Shown: positions 1 to 11,699 of the stretch, piece after piece
How positions within the stretch are numbered: position 1 is the stretch's first letter
Layout: the number at the start of each line of letters is the position of its first letter
Assembly: GCA_910592345.1 (NCBI GenBank)
Contig: CAJVPI010000026.1
Coordinates: 57,673-77,672 of the forward strand
Reading direction: 5' to 3'
Length of the DNA: 20,000 nt
Source: Paraglomus brasilianum
Lineage: Eukaryota
Program-made: the position numbers and the translations under genes
Notes under the pieces: generated by a model
The model's database searches: none
Told to the model about the DNA's origin: nothing
Seen by the model: the letters and a program-made list of their open reading frames with translations, nothing else

Positions 1-738
1 GCGAGCAATTGAATATCGTGAAACCTAACATAAAAGTCGACTTCTTGGAGCAGATCAAGGAATAAATGTATATGCGATTCATCCTATCAATAAAAGAACG
101 AATCCCCGAGTCAGTAAATTACAAAGGTAGATTTATAATAAAGATAAAAGTTGTAATAATGATAGTTTAATACAGTTACGACTACGCCAAGACCAATTCT
201 GACATATACTTACTTGTAAAACTTCATCAGTGAATCGTAGTCCAAGATCTCTTCCTACTTCCTATAGATCAATTATGATTCGTTCTCTTTATTTATTGAG
301 ATAACAATAAATGGACATATTCCTAGCAAATTGCATTCCAATCTGTCCAACTAACCTGCGCTCTATCTGGTGTACATAATATATTCAGGATCTCGAGAAT
401 AGCCTTTGCTGTATCGATGTCTGCTCTGTCCTCATTCAATATATTCAACAGCACGCCCAATCCTTTATCGCCCACTTCCTTGAAATATGAGAAAGCATCT
501 CTATTCAGTATATATTGTAAACGCGCAATTTGAAATTAACATCAAGAATAAGTCAGACATTCTTTACCAGCTTGTACTCCCTGGACAACCCTTTGAGTCC
601 CAGAATAGCAGCCCTTCTGTCTTCAAGAAGAGTAGAATTCGCCGCTCTATCACATAGCTTAATCACAGTATCTTCTGCCGTCTGTGGTTGACCTTTTTCT
701 CCTAGTAAGCCCTTATATCCTCTTGTTAGAAAGTCCAT
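1..738 (-). CDS. USO1: Uso1/p115 ER-Golgi vesicle tethering protein, 5' part (exons 738-568, 478-356, 261-214, 83-<1; continues beyond the left edge)
   Basis: Spliced translation through phase-0 GT-AG introns: MDFLTRGYKGLLGEKGQPQTAEDTVIKLCDRAANSTLLEDRRAAILGLKGLSREYKL|EVGDKGLGVLLNILNEDRADIDTAKAILEILNILCTPDRAQ|EVGRDLGLRFTDEVLQ|DESHIHLFLDLLQEVDFYVRFHDIQLL. LCDR...STLLEDRRAA and DFYVR are characteristic of the Uso1/p115 head domain. Confidence 0.93.
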
Positions 739-789
739 TGTCAAATAATTGACAGTATACGAAGACTGACAACACAAATCCCAAATTCT

Positions 790-797
790 TCACGTGA
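790..797. promoter_or_regulatory. TCACGTGA palindromic E-box (Cbf1/bHLH-type site) about 50 bp upstream of the USO1 ATG
   Basis: Exact TCACGTGA at 790-797; function inferred from position only. Confidence 0.35.
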
Positions 798-850
798 TTG
801 AATGACCAGTGTGGCTAAAAAATTAATAGTTGTGGCTCGTGCACTTGTGA

Positions 851-927
851 CCAGTCTTCTCAAAGCGTTCAATCGTAGTAGGTGCTACTAATAATAATAA
901 AGGAACGCAAAACTCCAGTCTTCTCAA
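851..927. repeat. 13-bp direct repeats (CCAGTCTTCTCAA at 851-863 and 915-927) flanking a 51-bp segment
   Basis: Exact repeats read directly. Bases 895-916 are an exact reverse complement of 13561-13582. Confidence 0.75.
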
Positions 928-1416
928 CTTCCGAATAACCATCCTGCAACAACTATAACAAGAAAATGTTTGCAGAATCTTGTTTTCTATTCGTATCCGT
1001 TAACCATATTAATATGATTCGACATTTGATCACCTCTTATTACGATTGCACAACCATATATTTGCTTGTTAAAACAGTCTTAAAATTTTGCTTTATTATT
1101 ATCAGCTTGATTTTTTTTTTACTTTTAAACAATTTGGTTGTAAAGATTGATAAAATAATAAGAATAAAAATATTATTACTCACATCTGTTCTGTCCAGAA
1201 CAGATTTTTTTTTTACCCCATACCTCAAAATTAAGCCACCAATATTCCAACTACATAAAACCCAAGAGGAATTAAAGAAAACAATATACAAAAATTTACA
1301 TATAATTATCACAGACTATATCTATCCATTCGACAAACCAACCAAACCGACCAAACCGACCATAATCAACCAGTAAGAATTAGATAAAGATATGTATATA
1401 TATAAATAAAACTCAT

Positions 1417-4040
1417 CTACAATGCATGAGTAATACTCTCACGCGAATCATTAAAACTAGAAAATCTTATCGTCGGTGAATCTAATCCCTTTTGCACCTC
1501 GTATCCACCGCTCTCTGTCCTCACTTGCTTCTTCCCACTAGTCGCTGACATTCTCCTCGACCTAAACGCCACCATTTCAACATCATCCACTTTGGAAGTT
1601 CGTCGAGGCACTAGAGGCGAATGGTTTGAAGGAATCGATCGCTGATACGAATGTTGTTGATTAGGAGATGTGGGAGACGTGACCGTTCTAGGAGAATACG
1701 GTGTAGCCGATCGTGGAGATCGTGGAGATCCTGGCGATCTGGCGGAAGCCTCGTATACCGAGCTTTGCGTGTCTGCATATGCTTTCGGCACACTCGGCCT
1801 GTTAGAATCCCATTTTGTCCATCTTTTAGATGCTCCGTGTTTATAATCCATTGTAAAATTTGTAGGCGATGTCGGCATCATGTCGCTTGTTGGTGATAAC
1901 GGAGTAGTCGGTGATTGTAACACGGGCGACGAATTCAGTAGAAACAGACTGGGTGAACTCCCACTTCGCATCAAACTCGCCCTTCTCGCTCGCTTTCCCA
2001 TGCCGTCATGAAAATCTCCCGTTACTGCATCGCTCTCCGCTCGTCTGTGGTTGACGGGCATTCCGGCTCCACTTCCGACGTAAGTTATGTGAGGAGACGG
2101 GTATTGTTGTTGTTGTTGTTGCGTCAGGAGAGTAGAGGATCGAAGAGAGTTTGAATAAGAAGTCCATTTGAGATCGCTTTCTGACAGAGATGGGGTTAAT
2201 TTACGGGTGGGCGACAAAGGATAGGCCTCCTGCTGCGGTTGTTCTTGCGTTAGTGGCTGCCTTTTGTGGACATCTCTAATAACGTATGCATGAGGTTCTC
2301 CACTCTCTGCCTCGTCCACATTCATCTGGTTCATCCTCCCAACATTATCAGAACTGTTATTTCTCGATGTTGGTAGCGACGGATATTTCAACCCTTCCAA
2401 CATTTTGACAGATGGTCCTTGTCTCACAGGTGTCGGTGAATATAGTGATAATCGTGGTGACGTAGCAGACTTTGGTGAGAGAGTTGGGGTTGGAGAGAAC
2501 GGTGGCGGTGTTGGTATCAAAGTTGATTGTGACTGGGATGGCGTATCGTCGACTGAATAAGATCGTGGTGGACGTGAGAGAAGCGGAGGTGGAGGAAAGA
2601 TACCGCTATTGTCTTCCGACATTTCAATAACGTAACTCGATTGTTGGGATGATTCTGGAGTATTTGGTAGTTTGTCGTATGTATGTGTACGGGTTTGTGG
2701 TTTTGCGGATGCTTGTGTGTGTATTTCGTTTGCGGCTGATCTGTTGGACAGGGTGCTTTTTATAGTAGCTGAATCGCTAGCTGAACTTCCCGACGGATAA
2801 AATATTAAAATTAACGTCAAGAATACTATCCACATGGCAATGCTGACATGAGTCATTAACAGATCCGCCGCGAATTTTCTCTTGTTTAGCCACTGGGTCG
2901 TTGTCAATCCATCAACACACAATAGCACTAATGAGACTGATCCAATTACCAATCCCATTGACAAATACAAGTTCATGTCTCTGAAATATTCCAACTTTGC
3001 CACTACGTTCGGTCGAGTTGTTTGTCCTGTTTTACGGAGAAGCGTAGCAAATCGCTTATTCGAGCGGACCCCTAAGAGAGCTATTATAAACATGAATACA
3101 CCATAAGCTAGCTGAGGGGCGATATCGGAATTCAATTCATTATGACGAAAGGTGAATTTTAGTGTTGGAAAGACAGCCGCGCTGAATACAGAGAATATGA
3201 TATAGGATTTGAATTCTGCATGGGAAAATGGCAATGTGAGTTGTTTGAAGATAATAAATATAGCATTGAACCGAGTTGTTAAACGAATGACTCACCGAAG
3301 CTCCCCATGAAAGACGCTTTTGCTACATTGTTCGCAAGGTAATTCCAAAATGATTGTAAAAGGAATAAAAGTCCACTGTACAAGAATCAACGAGAACGTC
3401 AACATAAAAACAATTAGATAATGTCACTTTCTTCAAATAATTTCCAGTCAAATAAACCGTTTAATACTCACACTTGGACACTGAAACTCATACAAAGCAC
3501 GTAGTCTGAAGGTACTGACAGGTTTTTGTGAGCTGGTGTCCAGAGAACGTACGGCTTTGTTATTACTTGTCCGTTAGGAAAGGTTATGAAGCCCTCTTGG
3601 TATTTTATGAGTGTTCCGATTATATCGGAGAAAACTTGCAGTGGGGCCATTATTAACAGAAGAATGGTTATGGCGGTTTTCTAACATCATGATTAAAGCG
3701 AGATACGTTAGGAATGGGGGGTAGTGCATACTTGTAAAATTATTGCATCAGGTGACATCAAAAAAATCAGCGGGCACTGATTTTTAATATACACACACTC
3801 ACCAGTTCATACTTCTTTATACGATGCCAACGTAATGCTTGGAAGCGGTCGACTCTCCAGGCATGTTGAAGAAACCAAAAATAGGTCCATACTATCAAGA
3901 CTGCCCGCGCTGTTAGAATGGAAGGGAAGGGTGTTGTTAGAACTATAACTATACATTTATGCTTAGTCAATTCATCTTGGCTGAGACTGTCGCCCACAAT
4001 ACTTACTCAAAAAGGTTACATCGCTAGGGGAGTGAGGCAT
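1417..4040 (-). CDS. Predicted 7-transmembrane protein with long Ser/Pro/Gln-rich C-terminal tail, 739 aa (exons 4040-4007, 3900-3803, 3680-3472, 3375-3296, 3215-1417)
   Basis: Four GT-AG introns with donors gtaagt/gtgagt and consistent phases (1,0,2,1) give a 2220-nt CDS: MPHSPSDVTFLILIVWTYFWFLQHAWRVDRF...KTAITILLLIMAPLQVFSDIIGTLIKYQEGF...LCMSFSVQVGLLFLLQSFWNYL...SFMGSFEFKSYIIFSVFSAAVFP...LAYGVFMFIIALLGV...LYLSMGLVIGSVSLVLLCVDGL...IAMWIVFLTLILIFYP, then a low-complexity tail. Seven hydrophobic segments judged by eye. Confidence 0.85.
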
Positions 4041-4251
4041 TTTGTTGTGGTGGGTTTATTAAAAAACGGTGGAAGATAAACTGGAATGGGGGGTGTTAAA
4101 TAATCGTTGGAGTGATCGTTGTCTTCTTGGCACTCTTGTTGACGTTCACCAGAGTGTTGCAGTATATTTATCGTATTAGAATGAATGTCGGTAGCGAAGA
4201 ATGTGCGGTAATGATAAAGGTTAATCTTAAGTGTATTTGAATATTTACAAA

Positions 4252-4329
4252 CGTTGATAGTGTATTGTTGATAGTGTATAGTAATAGTTGATAGTGGATA
4301 GTTGATAGTGTATAGTTGATAGTGGATAG
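4252..4329. repeat. Degenerate ~14-bp tandem repeat GTTGATAGTG(T/G)ATA, about 5 copies, in the probable 5' leader of the 1417-4040 gene
   Basis: ttgatagtgtattg / ttgatagtgtatag / ttgatagtggatag / ttgatagtgtatag / ttgatagtggatag read directly. Confidence 0.8.
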
Positions 4330-4480
4330 AATAAATTACAACACAGCGACAAGCGCAATGTTTTTTCTAATGTATGGTTTGGTGAGCATTCTAAGCCCAG
4401 CCGGGGGAAATGAGAGAGGAGGCGGGAGAGGGAGGATGAGGATGGCGAAAATAACTGCTTGGGAGATGTCTTCATTGCTA

Positions 4481-4487
4481 TATTTAT
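4481..4487 (-). promoter_or_regulatory. Putative TATA box (TATAAAT-type) for the 1417-4040 gene
   Basis: Minus strand reads tttataaatatagc, followed by a CT-rich tract (4410-4445); about 440 nt upstream of the ATG. Confidence 0.4.
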
Positions 4488-7400
4488 AAAGGCTGGCAGA
4501 TGAACCGTATCAAATAATAAATTAAATACTGATATTGTATTCTACAAATGTACAATAAATATGCGCTTTGAGAAACTGAGATGATCATTTAGGTAATAAT
4601 GCAATATGGCTATTATTCATCAAGCCTTAAGCCATAATGTCCGTATTGTAATGTATTTACTTTCGTTGTTATTGTTACACATTCGTAATCCAATCATTTT
4701 GCAAAGCAAAAAAATGGAAAAGAAATATACCGTAGACTAAGGCTTTTACTTTACTTTGTCTATATATCTATATATATACCTTGTGTCACGTATACCGTAA
4801 TACCGCACTATCAACATAACAATGACAATGGATAACTACATGTGGAGAACTCTTGCCGCAGCCCATATTAGGTTAGTGTATCCCAAGATGGATATCAAAG
4901 GGTTGTTATGTATCACCACCGACAAGTGCGGCCGACGATAAGAAACAGTAGGGGAAGAAAGTCTGTTGGCGGAATGGGGAGGCATAGGGGAGCAAAGAAA
5001 GGAAGAGCGAAGAGTGTCAAATATGTCCTTCGTTACTCTCGACCAGATTTTGTTTTACCCAAAAGGATGACACCATTGAAGACAATAGACTTCCTGTTGT
5101 TATTTGCACATAAATAGAGCGCTGTAACGTAACAACTTCACAGTGCTACTTACCAATATAGTAAATACATAGGAATGACGCATACGATTATAAATAAATG
5201 CAGAAATTCTGTCCTAAGAGATGTTACCCGTGTGCCACTACTGACATCTTTGCTGTTACAGTGCTGAGTCAACCTTGGCATTAGTATTAGGTGACGATGA
5301 AACAAATTCGGCCATTCTAAATAAATAATCGTCATGGTGACACCAATCACACAATATCATAATCCTCACATTCAGTTACTGTTGATTAAAATTTAACATC
5401 AAGACAATAAACAATGGCCGCAGTCTTCTTGTTCAGATACCCTGGAAAACGTGGACAATATCGGTTTATTAGCTGATTATAGTTCCCTGTATAATAAACA
5501 ATCGTAAGTCTCGGATAGAGATTATTTGCACAACTCAATTGTCATTTCTTATATTGTATTAGGCAACTTTAAGCAACGTTTGGTGGTTTGGGTAATGACA
5601 ATAGACGGAATAAGCAATTGATACAAATGGCAATGACCAAATTTAACGGGTCTTACTTCCTACTACTACTACTCCTCCTACTACTCCTGACCCACTACCC
5701 TGAATCGTCATACGCAGGGAACTTACGCACGCATATCTCGGATTTCACCCGTTGCCCTGGAGCCTTGTTCAACACCCCCAACAACATATCTTTGCAGATG
5801 ATGACGATGAAGCCATCTGCCGTAATATCGTACGGCCCGATCATGTACATTATTAAGCGTATCACATATTTCGTATACCCCCAAGCAAGTAATTATTGTA
5901 CAACATTTTGCAAACTCGTTCGCGCTTCACTACACTGCTGTTTTAATCCGTTATCTTTTCCTTGTTCCAGTATTTGGAGTACACGTTTCGATGCACTACA
6001 ATCAGAAACCAGCAATCTCACTCAGAAAACACATCGCCATTCTCCGGACTTTGCCGTCAACAAATTCCTTATAAAATCAACAAACCAATAATAATAGACG
6101 CAAAGCCCCGTCTCATTTAATAGATAAGTAGACACGACAATCGTTATGTTACTTGTTCATAACAATATTATTATAATTAACTATCATAGCCATCGGTATT
6201 ACTATTAAGACTTTTTGTATCCCAAACGCTCTTATCAATTAAGTGCAGCAGCTACGTACATAGCATGCACCGCTGTTTTAATACTCGCTCGATTCTTTGG
6301 GGAAGATAAGAAAACTTTAACAAGAATGCTGTAATATGTAAACAAATGTAAACAATAATGTATAAGCTTATTTTGCGTTGCAGTGGAATCATCTGTAGTC
6401 ATTCTCTATAACAGTATTGTCTTCCAAAGTGTGAAGTATTTCCGTATGCCAAAAGAACATCATCAAATTTATTGGTTGAAAGAGACAACATGCGAAAAAC
6501 CGGAAGAGAAACCATTGGTGCTTTAATGGCCCAAACAAAAAACACTAATATGAACGAGTCGGGAAATAATTCTACTGTAATAAAATATACGGTATTGATG
6601 TCAAGTGCTATTGTTGATAGAACAGTTAAAAATTTTAATTAAGCATATAAGGAATACTAACATAGCGTTTTTTTAATTCAATTACTGAGCCGGTGGTTTT
6701 TCCCATTATTCCGTAGTCACAGGACCAACTGTTTTTACGTTTGTGCATGACTTTCCATTATTATTATGTCGAAGCACAGCGTTGGTGCATTGGAATTGCC
6801 TTGTCAACCAAATTCAATTATAAATCCGTATATAGTTAGTAGTGATCATACGATAATCTGCATTTACTAAACGCTTTCTTTGCAAAGACAATATCAATTA
6901 TGTTTATTTATTCGAAACCAGAAATATCTCGTTATTCGTCTTTACCAAAGAACATTCTATTGTTACTATTTTTTAGAGTTTGTCCAGTTTCGGTAAGAGT
7001 TGTATATAACGACACATACGATTGTTGACACTAGTGAACAGAACGAAAACCGGCTGTATCCGTACCAAAATTTCAAGCTATCCCGAATGCGGATCACAAG
7101 TCAACCATTCATAGTATAAGTAGATAACGTATACGTTGTAGTAAACCATTAGATGTGCTTCCTGCATGTATGATTACTTTTAATAAAGACAAAGATTTGA
7201 TGCTTACAAGTGAAGAAGACAAAAGAATCAAGGCCCCGGATGAATAATGCGGAATGGATCTGGGTAATGACTGAACTTGGAAATAATAATTTCTGGAGGA
7301 TTTTCAAACGCCTCCCATACATGATTACTCAATATTAAATAATAGAAATAATCGTTCACATTTTAAAGAGAGTTGGTTATATAGTGAATTTTGTTTTAGT

Positions 7401-9059
7401 ATGACTCGATAAACCCTCGTTTGGTTATGTGATTGATTCTTTCCGTTGGCTATTTTTACTTGTTGTTGAGATCTTGTTTTTATTATTTTGTACTAGCTGT
7501 GAGACTGTCATTACACCATAAGACTTGTTTCTCCTGTATTCTATTCCGTAGTTGTTCTTTATTAGTCATTGACTATTCCATACACACCAATTCGTTTCTA
7601 TGTTTTTTCTGGTTTAAGACTTTTAATTAAAAAAATTTTTACAATCATACAAGTTTCACAGTTCAGAGGCCAAAGTTTCACAAGAACAAGTTGCAACATA
7701 GACAGTGTCCGTTATAATCAGGTTTCCACTGTCACTCGCTAACAATGATCGGACAACAGACAATGCAAGGTTTACGTTTCTGTATGATGTGCACAGAATG
7801 CATACGGGTTTCATGTAAAACGTGCTGTAAATTAGTCCCAGTTCGAAGATTTAAAAGAGTATATGGAGTAGAACAGGTCTTAAAGAGTTTAGTGGGTTTA
7901 AAATTCAAATCCATAAACATTTATTAGGTTATGTCCAAAACTGAAAAAAGTCGATTTATTAAGCAGCCAATGAAACGTCATACTTAATCATATTTGCCAT
8001 TATGACAAATTGCTTGCAAATATTTGTAATTGCTCGCTAAAAGGATGAGTAAATCCAGGATGTCCAAAGTGAAACATGTGAGTGACGAAAAATGAGAACG
8101 GATAAGATTGGTTTTCTGAAGGATGTGTGAAAGAGAAATATTTAATTAGATTCGGTTATTACTGATCGATTACCCAGATTGACAAAATGAGGAAAAGAAA
8201 TAAATAGCCAAATGTAAGTAACAGCACTGTTTACACCCAACAGTTCATCAAATTAGTTGAACGTAGAGTGTGACAAAAAATCCATAATCGTCGCCTCAAC
8301 AATGTAAATATTTCAATCATGTTCACCAGTACGAAGAATGGTTTAAGACACTAAGGAAAGGGGTTGTAGCGACAATAATAATTAGCAAGCTTTGATGCCT
8401 AACTTGATGGATTCACAGCATAGCTAATTAGATGGTCCTTTCTCTGTACAATATTTCCTACTGCGGCACAAGTTGCACACTGTTGACTTGGAAGTTCAGA
8501 CAGACACGAGTCATATTAATATATAAAATCTAACAAATTGTATTCAGATCCTTTTGATTACAAGCTACTTTGTACTGAAACCGTCGGTAGTTGCGATCAT
8601 TGCACTGTCTTAAAATTAACTGATAGGTTGCTTGTGGTTTGTCAGAATAAATCAGAAATCATCCTGTATAGCGAATATAGTATGTCAGTAATTGTTTATT
8701 TGACTCCTGCAAGACGTTTTATTTTCATTCTTACTGCACCTTTACCAATTTGATTAACAAAAAGAACAACTATACGGGATTAGCTGGTAAGTTTGGCTCG
8801 GCTCCAATAGAATATGTATATCAAGCATTGCGAGCTGCGGCGTCACATAACATCCTAATTATTAATACATCTATGACAAGGTATATGTATTAATCTGTCG
8901 TACAAATTTGCACGCGTATTTAACAATTATAAATTAGTAACTTTGTATGAAATATTCCATTCAGTTGTTAGGGAAAACCCGGTAAGACAAATTAACAAAT
9001 TTGGCTTTTATAAATATTGACATATAGCATTCTTTGTTATTTACAGAACTGTATCAGAC

Positions 9060-9805
9060 TACGTGTGGGGACTGAAAAGTTTTGCGTGTGGCCCTCTAAC
9101 TCGAGATTGCGTCAGTTTAACTAAAATTGAATAATCATAAAGTGCGCGTGCTTTAATGTAACAAATGAAAAAAAAAGTAGAGGCAAATTCATTATCTCAA
9201 TTGTCGAGAAACACTTTTTTTGTAAAGAAGAAATTAAAGACAAGGCTCGTCTTGGACGTCTTCGCGAAGCCGTGACGTCAGAAAAATTGCCAGGGCCGAG
9301 GATATTGTTAGCAATAACCCGCACATTTTTATTAAAAAATCAGCCAACGAAATCGGCATTTCTGTAAAATAATTTCCTACATCTGCATAATGAGTTGAGC
9401 CTCCAGAAAAAAGGGAAGAACAACTGTTCGTGACGTCATGCTTCATTACGACAATGCCGCACCACATAAGGCAACGATCATAACGGAGTATCTTCATAAC
9501 GAACAAGTGGAACTTTCCCCCCACTTGTCATACAGTCCAGACTGTGTTCCTTGTGATTTTTTCTTATTCCCTCGAATCAAAAAAGAACTGAAGGGAAAAA
9601 GATTTGATAATGTCGAAAATTTGGCAAGGGCTGCTCAGGCAGTTGCTGAAACTATCCAAAAAGCCGACTATAAGAAGTCTTTCCAGGGTTGGCAGAATCG
9701 TCTGCAACGTTGCATAGATGTTAACGGAGGGAATGAAATAGTTGTATCAATAATTATTATGAATTTCTGAAAATGAAGGTCCACGCGCAAGACTTTTCCC
9801 CCCCG
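9060..9805 (+). mobile_element. Internally deleted, degenerate mariner (DD34D) DNA transposon with terminal inverted repeats
   Basis: Left end TA-cgtgtggggactGAAAAGTTTTGCGTGTGGCCCT. Bases 9074-9095 match the reverse complement of 9777-9798 at 19/22 positions. The interior has transposase N-terminal and C-terminal remnants; the outer right TIR is decayed. Confidence 0.88.
9221..9770 (+). pseudogene. Mariner transposase remnant (frameshifts, stop, large internal deletion)
   Basis: 9221-9400 gives KEEIKDKARLGRLREAVTSEK/IARAEDIVSNNPHIFIKKSANEIGIS.../HNELSL, like the DxPRSGRP-HTH region. 9438-9770 gives MLHYDNAAPHKA...SYSPDCVPCDFFLFPRIKKELKGKRF...WQNRLQRCIDVNG, with exactly 34 residues between the 2nd and 3rd catalytic Asp. 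The WVPHEL motif and first Asp are missing. Confidence 0.9.
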
Positions 9806-9931
9806 CTGAACAACTTCTAATTAGGACAGTTCTTCAAATCAACACTTTTTGCTATAAAACAGCATAGCAAAGAGTCTGAGAAGCCCAGTGAGATTTCTGC
9901 AAATTAAATTAACTCTGCTAGTTCATAAGCA

Positions 9932-10039
9932 TGTTGTACCTCAGTTGGAAACCTGTCTCAGTTCTGGACTGAGACAACTGAGTTCTGAACTGAGTGACTG
10001 GGTTCCGAACTGAGACAGGTCCCAAACTCAGACACGACA
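9932..10039. mobile_element. 108-bp palindromic miniature element (MITE-like) with TGT...ACA ends and 4-bp AGCA target-site duplication
   Basis: AGCA (9928-9931) | TGTTGTACCTCAGTTGGAAACCTGTCTCAGTTC...GAACTGAGACAGGTCCCAAACTCAGACACGACA | AGCA (10040-10043). Imperfect ~33-bp terminal inverted repeats; internal CTCAG/CTGAG subrepeats. Confidence 0.7.
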
Positions 10040-11699
10040 AGCATATCCGACTTTTTAAAGTTTGTTTCTTTTAATCAGCTTTATGCAAGTGTAAGAAAAT
10101 TAGATTTTGTATACCGACTTTGGTGGAGTTTTAACGCTATTGCTGTATTTGCGCGCGTCGACAGAGACCAGTTTCGAAAATGAATATGTATGTTCCAATT
10201 CAAATTAAAGTACACGACATTGATGGTCAATACTCATAAGAAAAAAATTTTTTTTTTAGTAATTAATATTAATAAATTAACCCAGTCTCAACAACTTAAA
10301 ACCCAATTTGATTAATCTGTTCTTTTACCTTTCTCTAGGTATGGTTTTATTAATCATGCAATCAAGTCGTAGTCAAGTATTGACTGGGTCGGTTTTAGTT
10401 GACTAACCAACTTGACCTTGACAGACTATTTTGAGAATTTTTGCATTTAGTTAGTCAATTGCAGTGTTTACTAATTACAACTTTTTTTAATTTTTATATT
10501 AATTTAATATGACCAAAAAGCTAATAATTATCTGTAGCTGCTCTAATTCAGTCAAAGTATAATCAGGCAGCATTTAACATATTAATATACATGTACTTGA
10601 CTCAGAAGCATGCTAATTATCTAGTTTAAAATTTTAATTTAAACCACATTATCTGGTTTTTGACAAACTCAATCCAGCGATACTCCAACAGACTTGATAA
10701 TAATAATGTGCAAAGTTCATAGTAGTAACTTGCTGCCAATAGTATTGTTTCAAAGTTATTCTTGTAATCAGTAAAGGGGTGTAAGCATTAAAATAAAATT
10801 AAATTCAACAGAAGCAATTGTCTCAACGGCATTGAGCCGCTTCGACAAAACAAACAAACAAAAAAAAAACAAATTCTTATTTCTAAAGCGGAATTAAGAC
10901 CAAGCATTGAAAGCTCGTTTTGCCGTTGTAACATTGAGCTGTCTAATAAGGCTGCCTTTGACTTTTCTACCATATCAACAATACAACTTACGTTTTTTCC
11001 GTACAACTCTTTGTGTATGTTCCGTTACTATAATATAATATAATTCAATGCTTTCATAATAACCGCAAACCAAACGAGTGTATTATTACTTTTATGCCGC
11101 ACACTCGCTTTCTGAATAGATAAATTTCCTATCTTTGTCCTTCTATAATTTGGTTTTATTGAGATTTTGCTTGCGTCTTGCCTTCTCTTGATATGTTAAC
11201 TATGTACTTTGTCGGACAGAAGCTATAATTTGTACGGAAGAACGTGTAACTGCTATGTGCGATCGCATTGATTTTGCAGTACAAACTTTGTGTCAATGAA
11301 ATTTAGTCAATAAACAACAACTTTAAATTCCGTGTTCAACGTTTGAACCAAATACAAAGCAATAAACTGACAACAGTTCATTTTACGGTTTTCTCTAATA
11401 ACGGGCGTATGATAACTAAAATATGATTGTTGATTTATTTGTTTTCTTAAATTGCCGATTGCGTTCTATTCTAAAGGTTGTAGGGTCCCAATGATGGTCA
11501 TAAATAACTACATGTCCTGTCTGCCTGCCTGGAAATAACACTTGTATGTAGCCATTCCTTTCGATCTAGTCTGCGGTGTATTAAATGAAACTCATCGAAA
11601 ATTTCCATGTGTATACAAATGAAATTAAAGACGATCCATTAATAAATTTGTAGATGATGTTATCGTATGAAGGTGCAATGTTGCATTATGCATTATAAT

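Noticed and set aside
966..1376. ORFs 966-1376 (+) and 1040-1312 (-)
   Set aside because: AT-rich, Ile/Lys/Phe-biased frames in the probable 3' UTR/terminator zone of the 7TM gene; no motif.
1611..3106. Small ORFs 1611-1793, 1651-1896, 2882-3106
   Set aside because: Alternate-frame or antisense shadows of the 1417-4040 CDS.
4245..4475. 76-aa ORF upstream of the 7TM gene
   Set aside because: Built from the CT-rich tract and 14-bp repeat; at most a uORF, with no evidence of function.
5588..6091. 167-aa ORF with a Leu run resembling a signal peptide
   Set aside because: The Leu run comes from a (CTA/CTC)n microsatellite; the rest is not protein-like and I found no supporting splice structure.
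9121..9524. Minus-strand ORFs 9121-9324 and 9234-9524
   Set aside because: Antisense to the mariner transposase remnant.
10991..11244. Short inverted similarity CGTTTTTTCCGTACAA / TTGTACGGAAGAACG
   Set aside because: Only ~15 bp with a mismatch and gap, and no TSD; could be chance.
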